DNA from: Ilumatobacteraceae bacterium
GTDB lineage: Bacteria; Actinomycetota; Acidimicrobiia; Acidimicrobiales; Iamiaceae
NCBI GenBank assembly: GCA_025463265.1
Contig: JAOBWH010000171.1
Span: forward strand, 114 to 64,113
DNA: 64,000 nucleotides
Reading direction: 5' to 3'
A program made the translations under genes and the position numbers. Positions 1 through 8,568 of the stretch are shown here, piece by piece. The notes below the pieces were generated by a model. It was not told the origin of the DNA. It saw only the letters and a list, made by a program, of their open reading frames with translations, and made no database searches. Within the stretch, counting starts at the first letter, position 1; every line of letters begins with the position of its first letter.

Positions 1-315
1 CTGGCCTTCGCACCCGGCGGCCTGCGCTACGCCGTGCCGGGCAACGAGATCAACATCTACGTCGTCGCGAAGCCCAAGGACAACGGCGACGGCACCGTGC
101 AGATCGGTCAGACCCGACTGCTGCTGTCCGACGTGCTCGTGCTGCGCACGACGCCGGGCGCCGGCGACGGCAACGGCACCGTCGTGACCCCCGGTGCCGG
201 TAACCTCGACTTCCTGCTGGAGGTCAGCCAGGCGCAGGCTCAGCAGATCGCCGCGGTGGCCGCTGGCAGCTCGACCGTCATGTACTTCACGATCTCGAAG
301 ACCTCGTCGAGCTGA
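1..315 (+). CDS. Flp pilus assembly protein CpaB/RcpC-like, C-terminal fragment (5' end outside window)
   Basis: Frame 1 is open from base 1 to TGA 313-315. High GC3. Lies directly upstream of tadZ/tadA, where CpaB sits in actinobacterial tad loci. The sequence itself gives only weak family evidence. Confidence 0.5.
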   Translation: MAFAPGGLRYAVPGNEINIYVVAKPKDNGDGTVQIGQTRLLLSDVLVLRTTPGAGDGNGTVVTPGAGNLDFLLEVSQAQAQQIAAVAAGSSTVMYFTISKTSSS

Positions 316-317
316 CC

Positions 318-1715
318 ATGCCCGACTCCCCCACGCCGGCGTTCGTGGTGGTCCTGGACCGCTCCGACGCCCTCGTCCGCAGCCTTATCAAGGCGGTGGA
401 AGGCCTCGACGACACCGTCGACGTCAACCTGTTCACGAAGGCGGCCGAGGTCGACTCGCTGTTCGCCACGGGACCTGTCGACGTCCTGATGGTCGGACCC
501 AGCGAGATGACCGTGACCGGCCTGCGACGCGTCGCCAAGTGGCACGCGGCCCACCCGGGCACGGTCGTCATGGTGGCCTGCGAGGCCGACTCGCTTCCCG
601 ACCCGCAGCTGCTGATGAAGGCCGGGGCCGAGCAGCTGCTCAAGCTGCCGGCCGGGCCTGCGGCGGTCCGGCGGGCGCTGCTGACCGCCCTCGGCGTCAG
701 CGAGCACCTGAAGGACGAGTTGACGACCGTCGTGGAGGTGCCGTCGCCACGTGCGGAGGAAGAGACGGTCGAGGAGGACCTCGAGGAGGATTTCGAGGTC
801 GAGGAGGAGCCCGAACCGGTCGTCGAGCCGGAGCCCCTGGTCGACGCCGAGCCCGAGCCGGCGCTGACCATCACCGTGTCCAGCGCGACCGGCGGCTGCG
901 GCAAGACCTTCCTCGCGACCAACCTCGCCTACATGCTCGCCACCGGTACGGGCAAGCGGGTCGCGATCATCGACCTCGACCTGCAGTTCGGCGAGGTCGT
1001 GGCGACGCTGCAGCTCAAGCCGCAGCGCACCATCGCCGACGTCGAGCTCGACGACGAGGGCAACGTCGACATCTCCGCGCTGATGACACCGCACAAGGGC
1101 GGCTTCGATGTGCTCGCGGCCCCGCCGGACCCGGTCGCGGCGGAGGGCATGGGACCGGCCACGATCGCGGCCGTCATCGACGCGGTGCGGATGCAGTACG
1201 ACTTCGTCCTCATCGACACGCCGCCCTCGCTGAACGAGGTGGTCCTCGGCGCCTTCGACATCTCAGACCACCTGCTGGTGCTCGCGACGCTCGACATCCC
1301 GAGCGTCCGCAACATGCGGGTCTTCCTCACGACGCTGGACCGCCTGCAGATCCCCACCGACGGTCTGCACCTCATCCTCAACAAGGCGGAGAAGGGCGTC
1401 GAGCTCACGGCTGACGACATCCAGCGGGTGCTCGGCCGCGGGTGGGACCTGGAGCTGCCCTACGACCGCGAGGTCTCGCGCTCGGTGAACCTGGGCCTGC
1501 CCGTCAGCGAGGCCGCCCCTCGGGCCGAGGTCAGCCGGCGGCTCGTCGCCGGTGTCCCGATGCTGCTGCCCGAGGCGGGGATCGTCGGTTTCGCACCCGC
1601 CCAGGAGATGACGTTCCTCGCGCGGATCCTGTCCGCGCTCCGTCCCCGCAAGGAAGGCGCCGGCAAGGACGCCCCGCCCCGCACGACCCCGCTCCCCGAG
1701 GAGAAGACATCGTGA
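318..1715 (+). CDS. tadZ: TadZ/CpaE-type pilus assembly ATPase (receiver-like N-domain, acidic linker, ParA/MinD ATPase)
   Basis: 465-aa ORF with deviant Walker A SSATGGCGKTFLATNLAYMLA and a ParA/MinD-like core. Contains an E/P-rich acidic linker (EEETVEEDLEEDFEVEEEPEP). The stop overlaps the tadA start (GTGA at 1712-1715). Confidence 0.8.
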   Translation: MPDSPTPAFVVVLDRSDALVRSLIKAVEGLDDTVDVNLFTKAAEVDSLFATGPVDVLMVGPSEMTVTGLRRVAKWHAAHPGTVVMVACEADSLPDPQLLMKAGAEQLLKLPAGPAAVRRALLTALGVSEHLKDELTTVVEVPSPRAEEETVEEDLEEDFEVEEEPEPVVEPEPLVDAEPEPALTITVSSATGGCGKTFLATNLAYMLATGTGKRVAIIDLDLQFGEVVATLQLKPQRTIADVELDDEGNVDISALMTPHKGGFDVLAAPPDPVAAEGMGPATIAAVIDAVRMQYDFVLIDTPPSLNEVVLGAFDISDHLLVLATLDIPSVRNMRVFLTTLDRLQIPTDGLHLILNKAEKGVELTADDIQRVLGRGWDLELPYDREVSRSVNLGLPVSEAAPRAEVSRRLVAGVPMLLPEAGIVGFAPAQEMTFLARILSALRPRKEGAGKDAPPRTTPLPEEKTS

Positions 1716-3130
1716 AGCTCTCTGACCGGCTCACCCAGCTCGAGGCCGAGAAGGCCGCGGTGGCCGCCGCCAAGAAGCCCGCAGCGCGAGGAGCCAAGGC
1801 CGCGCCCGCGGCCCGCCGCTCGGTCCGCACGGCGAAGCCGACGGGCACGGCGTGGGACGGCCTCAAGCGACAGGTGAAGGACCTCGTGGTCGAGGACCTC
1901 GGCTCGCGGCTCGCGAGCATCGAGGACCTGTCGGACGAGGTCGACAAGGCGCTCGACAAGGCGATCGCCAAGAGCGGCGCGCGCATCACGACCGACGAGC
2001 GCAACCGGCTCGTCACCGAGGTGTCGAGCGACATCCTCGGCTACGGCCCGCTGGACCCGCTGCTGCGCGATCCCAGTGTCGACGAGATCATGTGCAACAA
2101 CTACAACGACATCTACGTCGAGCGGCAGGGGCGGATCGAGCACACCAACGCGACCTTCGCGGACGAGGCGCACTTCCGCCAGGTCATCGAGCGCATCGTC
2201 TCCGGTGTCGGTCGTCGCGTCGACGAGGGCTCACCGATGGTCGACGCCCGACTGCCCGACGGTTCACGTGTCAACGCGATCCTGCCGCCGCTGTCGGTGC
2301 GCGGTCCCGTGATGACGATCCGAAAGTTCGCCGAGCGGCCCTTCACGATCGCCGACCTGGTGTCGAACAAGACCCTGAGCATGGACGCGGGCGTGTTCCT
2401 CGAGGCGTGCGTCCGTGGCCGGCTCAACGTCCTCATCTCCGGCGGCACGGGCTCGGGCAAGACGACGACCCTCAACGTCGTCGGCGGCTTCATCCCCGAG
2501 GGCGAGCGCGTGATCACGATCGAGGACGCTGCTGAGCTCCAGATGCCTCAGCCGCACGTCGTCACCCTCGAGTCGCGGCCGGCCAACGCCGAGGGTCGCG
2601 GGCAGGTCGCCATCCGTGACCTGGTCCGCAACGCGCTGCGCATGCGGCCCGACCGCATCATCGTCGGTGAGGTGCGTGGCGCCGAGGCGCTCGACATGCT
2701 GCAGGCGATGAACACCGGTCACGAGGGCTCGTTGACGACGGTGCACGCCAACTCGCCCCGAGACGTCGTGAGCCGCCTCGAGACGATGGTCCTCATGGCC
2801 GGGTTCGACCTCCCGGTCCGGGCCATCCGCGAGCAGATCGCCTCGGCCATCGACTGCATCGTGCAGCTCACCCGACTCCGGGACGGCACCCGCCGCATCA
2901 CCCACATCACCGAGATCCAGGGCATGGAAGGTGACGTCATCACCCTCCAGGACGTGTTCCTGTTCGACTTCGGCATGGGTGTCGACGAGCACGGCCGGTT
3001 CCGGGGCCACCTCAAGGCCACCGGCGTGCGACCGAAGTTCGCCGAGAAGCTCGCCGACCAGGGCATCCGCCTCGGCCCGGAGGTCTTCCAGCCCGAGGCG
3101 TTCGCCAAGCGCGCCGTCGGAGCCTGGTGA
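1712..3130 (+). CDS. tadA: TadA/CpaF secretion ATPase (VirB11/GspE superfamily)
   Basis: Walker [13 protein letters not shown], then [12 protein letters not shown] and [13 protein letters not shown] motifs. Start placed at GTG 1712, coupled to the tadZ stop. The ORF-track start at 1442 would overlap tadZ by 270 nt. Confidence 0.9.
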   Translation: MKLSDRLTQLEAEKAAVAAAKKPAARGAKAAPAARRSVRTAKPTGTAWDGLKRQVKDLVVEDLGSRLASIEDLSDEVDKALDKAIAKSGARITTDERNRLVTEVSSDILGYGPLDPLLRDPSVDEIMCNNYNDIYVERQGRIEHTNATFADEAHFRQVIERIVSGVGRRVDEGSPMVDARLPDGSRVNAILPPLSVRGPVMTIRKFAERPFTIADLVSNKTLSMDAGVFLEACVRGRLNVLISGGTGSGKTTTLNVVGGFIPEGERVITIEDAAELQMPQPHVVTLESRPANAEGRGQVAIRDLVRNALRMRPDRIIVGEVRGAEALDMLQAMNTGHEGSLTTVHANSPRDVVSRLETMVLMAGFDLPVRAIREQIASAIDCIVQLTRLRDGTRRITHITEIQGMEGDVITLQDVFLFDFGMGVDEHGRFRGHLKATGVRPKFAEKLADQGIRLGPEVFQPEAFAKRAVGAW

Positions 3131-5067
3131 TGCGCCGCCGCACGCGCCTCGCCGTCGCCGCGGGGGCGCTCGCCTCCCTCGGTGCGCTGCTGATCGCCCC
3201 CACCGCCTCGGCCCAGTCCGAGGAGAGCATGCTCGCCATCCGGTCCATCGACGGGACGGACAGCAAGAACGTGCAGGTGACGTTCCTCTACACCGGGGCA
3301 CCGCAGGACCTCAAGAGCCTGACCGTCCGAGAGGACGGCCAGGAGCGCAAGATCAAAGAGCTCACCAACTTCTCCAAGGCCGAGCAGGGCCAGCGCACGG
3401 TCTACGTCGTGGACCTGTCGGGATCGATGGGTGACGACGGCGCGCTGAGCGACGTCAAAGAAGGCCTCAAGTCCACCGTGGGCGGCCTGGCTGCCGGGGA
3501 CGAGGCCGCCGTCGTGAGCTTCAGCGACGCCGTGGTCGTCGAGACCGGCTTCACCGACAACGTCGACCAGCTCGAGTCGGCGATCGACGCCATGGCTGCG
3601 CCGACCGACGGCAAGGGCGCCACCTGGTCGGGCGTGAGCAAGGCCGCCAAGCTGCTCGACACCCCGTCGGAGCTCCAGCCGAACATCGTGCTGGTCACCG
3701 ACGGCAAGGACGATGCCTCACGAGACGGCGTCGATGTCGACACCGCCCGGGCCTCGGCCGTCGCCTCCGGAGCGGCGTTCTTCGCCATCGAGCTCGACCA
3801 CGCAGGCGGCGCGGACAGCGCGGGCATCAAGTCGATCATGGACCGCACCGGTGGGGCCACCTTCACCGCCGCCAAGGGTCCCGGCACCGCCAAGGCGTTC
3901 AAGGACCTGGCCGCCACCATGCAGAGCCAGTACGTCGCCACCTACGAGTCCAGCGCCGTGCAGGGCCAGGTCGACGTGACGGTCGCGGTCGGCAACCTCG
4001 AGCGCTCGGCGTCGTACGTCGCCGGCGCCAACGTCCAGGGCGCGGCGACCGCCGAGGTCGTCAAGCCCCCGGACGGGTTCGGTCCCAAGTGGCTCCAGGG
4101 CAAGTTCGGTGGAGCGGTCGGCCTGGCGCTCGTCGGCCTGGCGGTCGGCCTCGGCGCCTACGCCCTGGCCTCGCTCGCCTCCAGCACGGACGAGAGCCTC
4201 AACGCCGTCCTGCGGCCCTACTCCGAAGGTCCGGTCTCGCCCGACGAGGCCGACGGTGCCCTCGCCCAGACCGCGCTGCTCCAGCGAGCGGTCGAGCTCA
4301 CCGAGGAGTTCGCCGAGCGCCAGGGGTTCCTGGTCAAGGTCGAACGGGCGCTCGAGCGCGCCGATCTCCCGCTGCGTGCGGCCGAGGCCCTGTTCTTCTA
4401 CGGGGCCGGGGCGCTGCTCGTGTCGCTGCTGGCCCTCGCCCTGCTCGGCTTCGTCGCCGGCCTCGGCGTCCTCGTCCTCACGGTCCTCGTGCCGCCGGCC
4501 GTGGTGAACTTCCTCGCCAACTCGCGGGGCAAGAAGTTCCAGACGGCGCTCCCGGACACGCTCAACCTGCTGTCGGGCTCGCTCCGGGCCGGCTACTCGC
4601 TCCTCCAGGGCGTCGAGGCCGTGTCCAAGGAGGTCAACGACCCGATGGGCCAGGAGCTCCGCCGGGTCATCACCGAGGCCCGCCTCGGCCGCGAGATCGA
4701 AGACGCCATGGATGCGGTCGCCGAGCGCATGGGCAGTGCCGACTTCGCCTGGGCCGTCATGGCCATCCGCATCCAGCGGGAGGTCGGTGGCAACCTGTCC
4801 GAACTGCTGCTCACCGTGGCCGACACCATGGTCCACCGCGAACGGCTCCGCCGAGACATCGCCGCCCTGACGGCGGAAGGCAAGATCTCGGCCATCATCC
4901 TCGGCCTCCTGCCGGTCGGCCTCGGCCTCTTCATGTGGATGTCCAACCCCACCTACATGGCCCCGCTCGGCGCCACGACGCTGGGCCACATCCTCCTGCT
5001 CGCTTCGCTCGTCTCGCTTCTCATCGGGTTCGCCTGGATGAAGAAGATCATCAACATCAAGATCTGA
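3127..5067 (+). CDS. Fusion protein: signal peptide, von Willebrand A domain, TadB-type T2SS-F platform domain
   Basis: Signal peptide ends ...APTASA/QSEE. MIDAS motif VVDLSGSMG plus VLVTDGKDD. One TM (AVGLALVGLAVGLGAYALASLA). C-terminal half is T2SS-F-like (LPDTLNLLSGSLRAGYSLLQGVEAV...). GTG 3127 overlaps the tadA stop. Confidence 0.8.
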   Translation: MMRRRTRLAVAAGALASLGALLIAPTASAQSEESMLAIRSIDGTDSKNVQVTFLYTGAPQDLKSLTVREDGQERKIKELTNFSKAEQGQRTVYVVDLSGSMGDDGALSDVKEGLKSTVGGLAAGDEAAVVSFSDAVVVETGFTDNVDQLESAIDAMAAPTDGKGATWSGVSKAAKLLDTPSELQPNIVLVTDGKDDASRDGVDVDTARASAVASGAAFFAIELDHAGGADSAGIKSIMDRTGGATFTAAKGPGTAKAFKDLAATMQSQYVATYESSAVQGQVDVTVAVGNLERSASYVAGANVQGAATAEVVKPPDGFGPKWLQGKFGGAVGLALVGLAVGLGAYALASLASSTDESLNAVLRPYSEGPVSPDEADGALAQTALLQRAVELTEEFAERQGFLVKVERALERADLPLRAAEALFFYGAGALLVSLLALALLGFVAGLGVLVLTVLVPPAVVNFLANSRGKKFQTALPDTLNLLSGSLRAGYSLLQGVEAVSKEVNDPMGQELRRVITEARLGREIEDAMDAVAERMGSADFAWAVMAIRIQREVGGNLSELLLTVADTMVHRERLRRDIAALTAEGKISAIILGLLPVGLGLFMWMSNPTYMAPLGATTLGHILLLASLVSLLIGFAWMKKIINIKI

Positions 5068-5074
5068 GGCACTC

Positions 5075-5986
5075 ATGCTCCCGCTCGCACTCGGTCTCCT
5101 CGCCCTCGCCATCGGGGTCGGCCTCTGGACCGTGCTCTCCAGCGCCGACGAGAAGGCGACCGTCCGCGCCTCGCTCCGCCAGCTCGACGGCTACGAGGTG
5201 GACAACGTCCGCGACGCCGAGCTCCTGAAGCCCATGAAGGAGCGCACCATCGCCCCCGTCATGGAGCGGCTGGTGGAGTTCGGGAAGCGGTTCACGCCCG
5301 ACGGCTACTCGGACAAGGTGCGGACCCGTCTCACCGCGTCGGGCAACAGCTCGCCGGATGCGGTCGACCGCTTCATCGCCATCAAGGTCGTCGGCTTCGC
5401 CCTCACCCCGGTCGCGCTGATCCTGGTGCTCGGCGTCCTCGGGATGGGCGGCCCGAAGGGGTTCGCCTGCGCCGGGCTGCTCGCCGCCGTGATGATCTAC
5501 GGCCCGGATGCCATCTTGAACCGACGGGTCGAGGAGCGGCAGCGGGAGATCAAGCAGAAGCTCCCCGACGTGCTCGACCTGCTCGTGATCAGCGTCGAGG
5601 CCGGCCTCGGCTTCGAGCAGGCGCTCGACCGCACGGTCAGCTCCGTCCCCGGTGCGCTCACCCAGGAGTTCGCCCGCATGCTCGGCGAGGTCCGCGCCGG
5701 TGCCAGCCGGGCCCAGGCCATGCGCGCCATGGAGAAGCGCACCGATGTGCCCGAGCTGCGCTCGTTCGTCCTCGCCATCCTCCAGGCCGACACCTTCGGC
5801 GTGTCGATCGGCCGGGTGCTGCGCGCCCAGGCCGACGAGATGCGCATCAAGCGCCGCCAGATGGCGCAGGAGAAGGCCCAGAAGGCCCCGGTGAAGATGA
5901 TGATCCCGATGGTGTTCTGCGTGTTCCCCGCGCTGTTCGTCGTGGTGATCGGCCCCGCCATCATCAACATCAAAGAGAAGTTCTGA
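5075..5986 (+). CDS. tadC: TadC-type T2SS-F platform protein
   Basis: 303 aa with an N-terminal TM and a T2SS-F domain (LPDVLDLLVISVEAGLGFEQALDR...). C-terminal TMs. Paralogous to the C-terminal half of the preceding gene; both end in IINIK. Confidence 0.8.
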   Translation: MLPLALGLLALAIGVGLWTVLSSADEKATVRASLRQLDGYEVDNVRDAELLKPMKERTIAPVMERLVEFGKRFTPDGYSDKVRTRLTASGNSSPDAVDRFIAIKVVGFALTPVALILVLGVLGMGGPKGFACAGLLAAVMIYGPDAILNRRVEERQREIKQKLPDVLDLLVISVEAGLGFEQALDRTVSSVPGALTQEFARMLGEVRAGASRAQAMRAMEKRTDVPELRSFVLAILQADTFGVSIGRVLRAQADEMRIKRRQMAQEKAQKAPVKMMIPMVFCVFPALFVVVIGPAIINIKEKF

Positions 5987-5996
5987 CCCAGCGGTC

Positions 5997-7442
5997 ATGC
6001 TGGCGGGCGTGGAAGCCACCGAGGAGCCGCGCCCGCAGGCGGGTCCGTCGCTCAACACCGTCGTCGCCCTGATCCTGGCCGTCGTCGGCCTCGGGATCGG
6101 CCTCGAGCCGCTGTTCGACAACAGCTTCTTCACCCACCTGGCGACCGGGCGCATCATCCTCGACGGAGGCATCCCGCGCGCCGACCCGTACTCGTTCAGC
6201 GCTCCGGGAGCGGCATGGACCGTCCAGAGCTGGGGGGCGAGCACGATCTACGCCCTCATCGACCAGGCCGTCGGCCTGATCGGCATCCGGGTCCTGGTCG
6301 CCGTCTGCTGCGTGGCGCTGACGCAGCTGGTCTGGCGCCTCACCAGCACGGCCGTGACGCTCAGCGGACGGCTGCTCGTGGCCGTGCCGGTCGTCGCCGT
6401 CGGCTGGGGCTACTGGGTCGAGCGGCCGCTGCTGCTCAGCCTGGTGCTCATGATGGCGGTGCTGTTCGCTCTCGAGGACCGCCTCGACCCCCGGTGGCTG
6501 ATCCCGGCCATGTGGGTGTGGGTCAACGTGCACGGCTCGTTCCCCCTGGCCCTCGTCGCCGTCGGCGTGTACGGGGCGGGCCGGCTGCTGGACCGGGAGC
6601 GCCCGACGCTCGAGATCCGCATCTTCGCCTGGACCGCGCTCGGCACGCTGCTGGGCGGGCTCCTGAACCCGCTCGGCTGGCGGCTCCTCGTGTTCCCCGC
6701 CCAGCTCCTGCAGCGCCGAGACGCCTTCGCCCACACCCTCGAGTGGCAGTCGCCCACGTTCTCGGGCCTCGACGAGCGGCTGTTCCTCATCCAGCTGCTC
6801 ATCGCGGTCGCCCTGGTGGTCAGCCGGAACCGCAGGTGGCGCAGCATCCTGCCGGTGCTGGTGTTCGGGGCGCTGTCGCTCCAGGCCAGCCGCAACATCG
6901 TGCACGCCAGCCTGATCATGGTGCCGGCGGTGACCGCGGCCGCCGCCGGGCTGGGCACCATCGACGGTCGTACGGCCCGGCGCGTCCTGCGCCCGGTCCA
7001 GATCGCGCTGGTGGTGCTGTTCGTCCTGGTCGGCCTGGTGGGGCTCCAGCGACCCGACGCCGATCTGTCGGGCTACCCGGTCGACTCGGCGGCGTGGATG
7101 CGGGAGCACGATCTGCTCGGCCCCCGGGACCGGGTCCTGACGCGGGACTTCGTCGGCAACTACTTCGAGCTGAGGTACGGCCCGGACCAGGTCAAGGTCT
7201 TCTTCGACGACCGGGTCGACATGTATCCGACGCGGGTGATCGACCAGTACGAGGACGTCCGGTCCGAGGATGGAGACCGGGAGGGCGCCCTCGAGGCCAT
7301 CGATCCGTCGGCGGTCCTCTGGGACACCGACAGCCCCTTCGGTGACTGGCTGGAGGATCCGGACAACGGCTGGACCATCGTCCACCGCGATCCTGGGTGG
7401 GTGGTGGCGGTCCCGCCGGGGTCCGCAGCCGCCGGAGGGTGA
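5997..7442 (+). CDS. Polytopic membrane protein (about 10 TM plus about 110-aa C-terminal soluble domain), function unknown; GT-C-like layout
   Basis: 481-aa ORF with high GC3 and many hydrophobic helices. It has a soluble acidic C-terminal domain. No catalytic motif can be assigned by eye. Sits between tadC and flp. Confidence 0.6.
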   Translation: MLAGVEATEEPRPQAGPSLNTVVALILAVVGLGIGLEPLFDNSFFTHLATGRIILDGGIPRADPYSFSAPGAAWTVQSWGASTIYALIDQAVGLIGIRVLVAVCCVALTQLVWRLTSTAVTLSGRLLVAVPVVAVGWGYWVERPLLLSLVLMMAVLFALEDRLDPRWLIPAMWVWVNVHGSFPLALVAVGVYGAGRLLDRERPTLEIRIFAWTALGTLLGGLLNPLGWRLLVFPAQLLQRRDAFAHTLEWQSPTFSGLDERLFLIQLLIAVALVVSRNRRWRSILPVLVFGALSLQASRNIVHASLIMVPAVTAAAAGLGTIDGRTARRVLRPVQIALVVLFVLVGLVGLQRPDADLSGYPVDSAAWMREHDLLGPRDRVLTRDFVGNYFELRYGPDQVKVFFDDRVDMYPTRVIDQYEDVRSEDGDREGALEAIDPSAVLWDTDSPFGDWLEDPDNGWTIVHRDPGWVVAVPPGSAAAGG

Positions 7443-7531
7443 GGGTCTGCACCGGTTTGGGCCGCATGGCCTATCCAGAGGCGGGAAATGCGTGCCGATG
7501 ATCCAGAAGAGCAATTCTTGGAGGGATACCG

Positions 7532-7741
7532 ATGCTCCGTCACCAACATCCAGCTCGAGGACGCCACGAGCAGGCCGAACGGGGAGCGAGCCTCGTGGAG
7601 TACGCCCTCCTGCTGGCCCTGATCGCCGTCGTCACGTTCTCCGCCGTCTCGTTCTTCGGATCGTCGACGGGCGGCGGGTTCAACAACTCGGCCGACTGCA
7701 TCCAGAAGGCGTACGACGCCCAGACGCTCTGCACCCGCTGA
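7532..7741 (+). CDS. flp: Flp/Fap family type IVb pilin precursor
   Basis: 69 aa. Flp processing motif G/ASLVEYALLLALIAVV follows a basic leader. GGAGGG Shine-Dalgarno about 8 nt upstream of the ATG. Two Cys near the C-terminus. Confidence 0.8.
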   Translation: MLRHQHPARGRHEQAERGASLVEYALLLALIAVVTFSAVSFFGSSTGGGFNNSADCIQKAYDAQTLCTR

Positions 7742-7796
7742 GGGCCCACCACGATCGAGAACCGGTTGCCCGTGATGGAGGGGACCCCGTCCGGTG

Positions 7797-7820
7797 GAGC
7801 AGGGCCGAGGTCCTGCTCCA
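7797..7820. terminator. Candidate hairpin between convergent flp and response-regulator genes
   Basis: Stem ggagcagg / cctgctcc (8 bp) with an 8-nt loop. No U-tract on either strand, so weak. Confidence 0.3.
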
Positions 7821-7859
7821 TCGGCGCGCCCCCTGCGCCCCCTGCGTTGGCCGCGCTGT

Positions 7860-8510
7860 CTAGCTGAGGCGGACGATGCCCATGCGGACGGCCTGGAGGA
7901 CCGCCTGCGTGCGGTCCCGGGCGTCGAGCTTGTGGTAGATCGATGCCAGGTGGTTCTTGACCGTCTTCTGGCTGATGAACAGCCGCTCGGCCACCTCGGG
8001 CGTCGAGCAGCCGTCGGCGATGAGCTGGAGCACCTCGACCTCGCGCTTGGTGACCACCCGGTCCGCGTCGTCGTCGGCCGGGTCGGGGTCGATCCGGCGG
8101 ACCTCGTCGAGCATGGCGTTGGCGAACTCCGGGGACAGGGTGGCCTCGTCGTTGGCGGCCATCCGGACCGCATCGGCGATCTCGTCGGTGGAGCAGTCCT
8201 TCACCAGGTAGCCCGACGCACCGGCGCGCAGGGCCTCGGCGATCACGCTCTGGTCGGCGTGCATGGTGAGCATCACGATGCGGATCTCCGGGTGCTGCTG
8301 GTGGATCCGGCGGGTGGCCTCGACGCCGTCGACGTCGGGCATGGTCACGTCCATCAAGATCACGTCCGGCCGCAGCGAATCGGCGAGCCGGATGGCTTCG
8401 TCGCCGTCGGACGCCTCGCCGATCACATCGAAGCCCTCGTCGGTGAGCGAGCGACGCAGACCCTCACGGAGCATCCGGTGGTCGTCGGCGAGCATCAGGC
8501 GGATTGCCAT
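7860..8510 (-). CDS. NarL/FixJ (LuxR-type) response regulator
   Basis: Receiver domain (LADDH..., DVILMDVTMPDVDG) plus a C-terminal LuxR HTH (REVEVLQLIADGCSTPEVAERLFISQKTVKNHLASIYHKL). Confidence 0.9.
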   Translation of the reverse strand: MAIRLMLADDHRMLREGLRRSLTDEGFDVIGEASDGDEAIRLADSLRPDVILMDVTMPDVDGVEATRRIHQQHPEIRIVMLTMHADQSVIAEALRAGASGYLVKDCSTDEIADAVRMAANDEATLSPEFANAMLDEVRRIDPDPADDDADRVVTKREVEVLQLIADGCSTPEVAERLFISQKTVKNHLASIYHKLDARDRTQAVLQAVRMGIVRLS

Positions 8511-8568
8511 GTGGTTCTCTCAGATCGGGGTGCAGACCAGGGCGGGGTCATCCTCGCACAGGAGGTCA

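Noticed and set aside
194-1414. 406-aa + strand ORF, with 284-aa and 211-aa minus-strand ORFs, overlapping tadZ
   Set aside because: Arg/Pro/Gly-rich translations typical of off-frame or antisense reading of high-GC coding DNA. The tadZ frame has the clear ATPase motifs.
3718-5228. 464-aa minus-strand and 379-aa + strand ORFs over the vWA::tadB gene
   Set aside because: Low-complexity R/G/P/D products with no motifs. They are shadow ORFs of the real frame.
5057-7514. 395-aa and 514-aa minus-strand ORFs and a 376-aa + ORF over tadC and the membrane protein gene
   Set aside because: Shadow ORFs. The + frame chosen gives coherent TM helices and high GC3.
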